This document shows, piece after piece, positions 61,018 to 64,000 of a stretch of 64,000 nt of DNA. This DNA is from Lingula anatina (lineage: Eukaryota; Animalia; Brachiopoda), in the NCBI GenBank assembly GCA_051362555.1, contig CM120645.1:15810001-15874000 (forward strand). Reading direction: 5' to 3'. The notes beneath the pieces were generated by a model. That model made no database searches. It had not been told where the DNA came from and saw only the letters and a program-made list of their open reading frames with translations. The position numbers were made by a program, and so were the translations under genes. Every line of letters begins with the position of its first letter. The first letter of the stretch is position 1.

Positions 61018-61942
61018 TATATTTTCAACATATTTCTGATATATTAATCTTTTGGATTGTTCATTAATTTATGAAAAAATGACAGATTCAAACTTAGTTG
61101 AAGATAATGGGTAAAAAAGTAGCAGATTTTTTAACGTAAGAAATAATGCAACATTTTGACTTTTTCTCATTTTTTGCTGCAAGAAGGCCATTTTTCCAGA
61201 TAGGTCTTTGTGGAATTATCTCTTCAAAGTATTTTTCTAAAGAAAATTTAATCTGCATTATGGAAGATTTAGTGACAAGGGGAAATATTTGATAAAGAAA
61301 GAGGCAGGCCCAGGTACGTTTTGGAGGCGGGTCTTAGACTGCATTCCCAGAGATTTTGATCGATCCATCCGGATCGACCTAACTCCCTGGGGGTTCACGC
61401 TAAATTGCTGTCAGTGAAGCGCGCACCATAGTTTACTACCCCCTTGCAACTTTTACTAGGCGGAACAGACATTTAACAGACATTATATTTTCAACATATT
61501 TCTGATATATTAATCTTTTGGATTGTTCATTAATTTATGAAAAAATGACAGATTCAAACTTAGTTGAAGATAATGGGTAAAAAAGTAGCAGATTTTTTAA
61601 CGTAAGAAATAATGCAACATTTTGACTTTTTCTCATTTTTTGCTGCAAGAAGGCCATTTTTCCAGATAGGTCTTTGTGGAATTATCTCTTCAAAGTATTT
61701 TTCTAAAGAAAATTTAATCTGCATTATGGAAGATTTAGTGACAAGGGGAAATATTTGATAAAGAAAGAGGCAGGCCCAGGTACGTTTTGGAGGCGGGTCT
61801 TAGACTGCATTCCCAGAGATTTTGATCGATCCATCCGGATCGACCTAACTCCCTGGGGGTTCACGCTAAATTGCTGTCAGTGAAGCGCGCACCATAGTTT
61901 ACTACCCCCTTGCAACTTTTACTAGGCGGAACAGACATTTAA
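61018..61942. repeat. 459-bp tandem duplication (61018-61476, 61484-61942) containing a MITE family A segment
   Basis: The two copies appear identical by eye; 7-bp junction CAGACAT. Confidence 0.95.
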
Positions 61943-63596
61943 GCCTGTTAAGCTGACACCAATCTAGTGAGACTCCCCAGGGGGATAAATCGATTTTAAT
62001 ATCTATGGGAATGGGGTCTTATACCTGTGGTGTTGTGGTCCTTACACGCTTCCGTACAAAAATAACCGCTACGTCTTTTATTTGGCTTCGGTGTTAACGT
62101 TACAGAGAGTCCCCCATGATAAAGAGTCCGCTTCCCATTCATTTGTATAGGTAAGCTTCGTCGTAGATTTTGACCCACAAAGGGCAGGCTAACCCGAATC
62201 GTTATAACTAATAAATGGGGGGTGGACTGTGGTCGTGTGAAAAAAAAAGGTCCTCCAAAGAGGACAGGTGTGACAGGAATGATAGTCCTAATAATGGAAG
62301 TCCGGGTAACCATATAATTAGCAAAGGCTAGGATTAATCGGAGTATTGGGGTTTGTATATGGAGCAAATGTCACCTCTACATTATGATGGGCAACATACT
62401 ACGGTTTCTAGTGGACTTACCATTCCTGCCACACCGGTTCGGTTAAAGGTGACACTTAATGTGAAAAGGGCCTGTGACTATAAGAATACTAATACGTTGT
62501 TAAAATACTCGAATATGGATATTTATGCACGAAATATAAACTGCGTCTCGCTTGGCAATACTCTATCTATTAGGAAAATGAAAACATTGATGTAGAGCCA
62601 ATCATTAGAACCTATGTTTAGAATTATTAGGAAGGACCTTGTAGTTGTACTAATGACTTGTTGATGACGGATTAAAAACAACCCGTGTTTCAGACAAGAT
62701 GAGAATGAAATGTCTAGAGGGATTCATAGAAAGCCAGTCGATATTTCTTGTCCTAAGAATGAGATAAACGTTTATCAAATTTATCAAACCGGTTAAGCGT
62801 AGCGTCATTAGCGCGTTTAATCAATTACCAAGAACGGTACGATATTCTTCTTACAAAACAGCGATATCCTCTCTAGGGCACTTTCTCATAAAACAAATTA
62901 GCCCAAACACGTGAAACCTAAGTGAAAATCACCATGGCATAGCCTGGTCAATACATTTAAATGTACCCATGAGGTTAGTACTGTTTAGCCTAGAAATATC
63001 GTTTCTGACTCCTTGTTTAATTAACCCCCATCTTCTTAATAACGCTCCACTTAACTAAATGAAACGTTCTGGTGATTAAATGTTACCTTAAGAACATAGG
63101 CAACGGGACGTTGTTGTTTTAAGTCACCAATCCAATAAACAACATCTAATTTTGTTATTACTTTTTCCCCCAGATCTATACTTGGAAAGTAATGAATTTG
63201 TAAACAACAAATATAAGCGAGTCCCTAAATGATAGATGTAGATTTTCTGCAGGTAAAGTAAAATGGTGGTTTAGTGCATTTAAAGATACACGTATCCACA
63301 CTGTATACTATATAACGTCTAGTAGCTACACTGCAGTCAGGGAGCATTCCTGGCCTCAGATTAACCAACTGTTGCAACGAGCACAGACAGACAGAGAAAC
63401 AGATGAGAAGCGGATGGAGTAGCATAAAATCCCACGCAGTGTGGTAGGTAAGGTTTCTGTCAGACAGACAGCAGGGCAGACAAACAGACAGACAAACAGC
63501 CAAAGAGGGAAAAAGCACCAAGTAAGTAAATGAAAATACATTCAAAGAATCCGGGCGAAATTCTGTATACGCGGCTTTATGCAGTGTGAGATAGAG

Positions 63597-63643
63597 AAAC
63601 AAACAAACAAACAAACAAACAAACAAACAAACAAACAAACAAA
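63597..63643. repeat. (AAAC)n microsatellite
   Basis: Direct reading. Confidence 0.95.
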
Positions 63644-64000
63644 TAAAAAAAAAGAAAAAAAAAACATCGAACGCTTTGTAAATGTCACAGAAACCACGTG
63701 GAAATAAAACTCCCGGAAACCAACACCAATTAACGGAACTCGAGAGGTTGTCAATCAGTCAGGAGGAAAGCAGAAATTATAATTATTCCTACCTTTATAA
63801 AAAATACAGAGCATAAATGATTTCGGAAATGGCAGTGGTCATATCTGACTTCTTAATGATGCCGACTTCCAACACCATGACCACTCCGAATCATAAAAAG
63901 AGATGATTCCAATAAATCGCAACCGAACACGACAGAATAAGCGGGTGATGATAAATTGGACGTAGTTCTTAATGGCTCTAATTAGACATGTTTGATAAAT

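Overview
This is AT-rich animal genomic DNA, probably an invertebrate. The filamin sequence and repeat types look lophotrochozoan or mollusc-like, which is an inference. It holds two minus-strand protein genes in tandem. (1) A complete gamma-secretase-activating protein (GSAP/PION) orthologue, reconstructed by hand as 31 GT-AG coding exons from ATG 42449 to TGA 24154 (2952 nt, 983 aa), with compatible phases at every junction. (2) The first coding exon (17118-17445, CH1 actin-binding domain) and promoter region of a filamin gene whose next intron runs off the left edge (>17 kb). The rest is intronic or intergenic and contains a 5'-truncated RTE-like LINE with a TSD, several MITE families, a Helentron/HINE-like element carrying a satellite, minisatellites, microsatellites and a recent 459-bp tandem duplication. 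Nearly all ORFs in the supplied track are spurious. I see no convincing new multi-gene system. The most unusual structure is a 55-bp minisatellite made of copies of the GSAP exon 11 end plus its 5' splice site, giving 8 tandem donors of which only the first is productive. Homology calls rest on recalled human sequences, not database searches.
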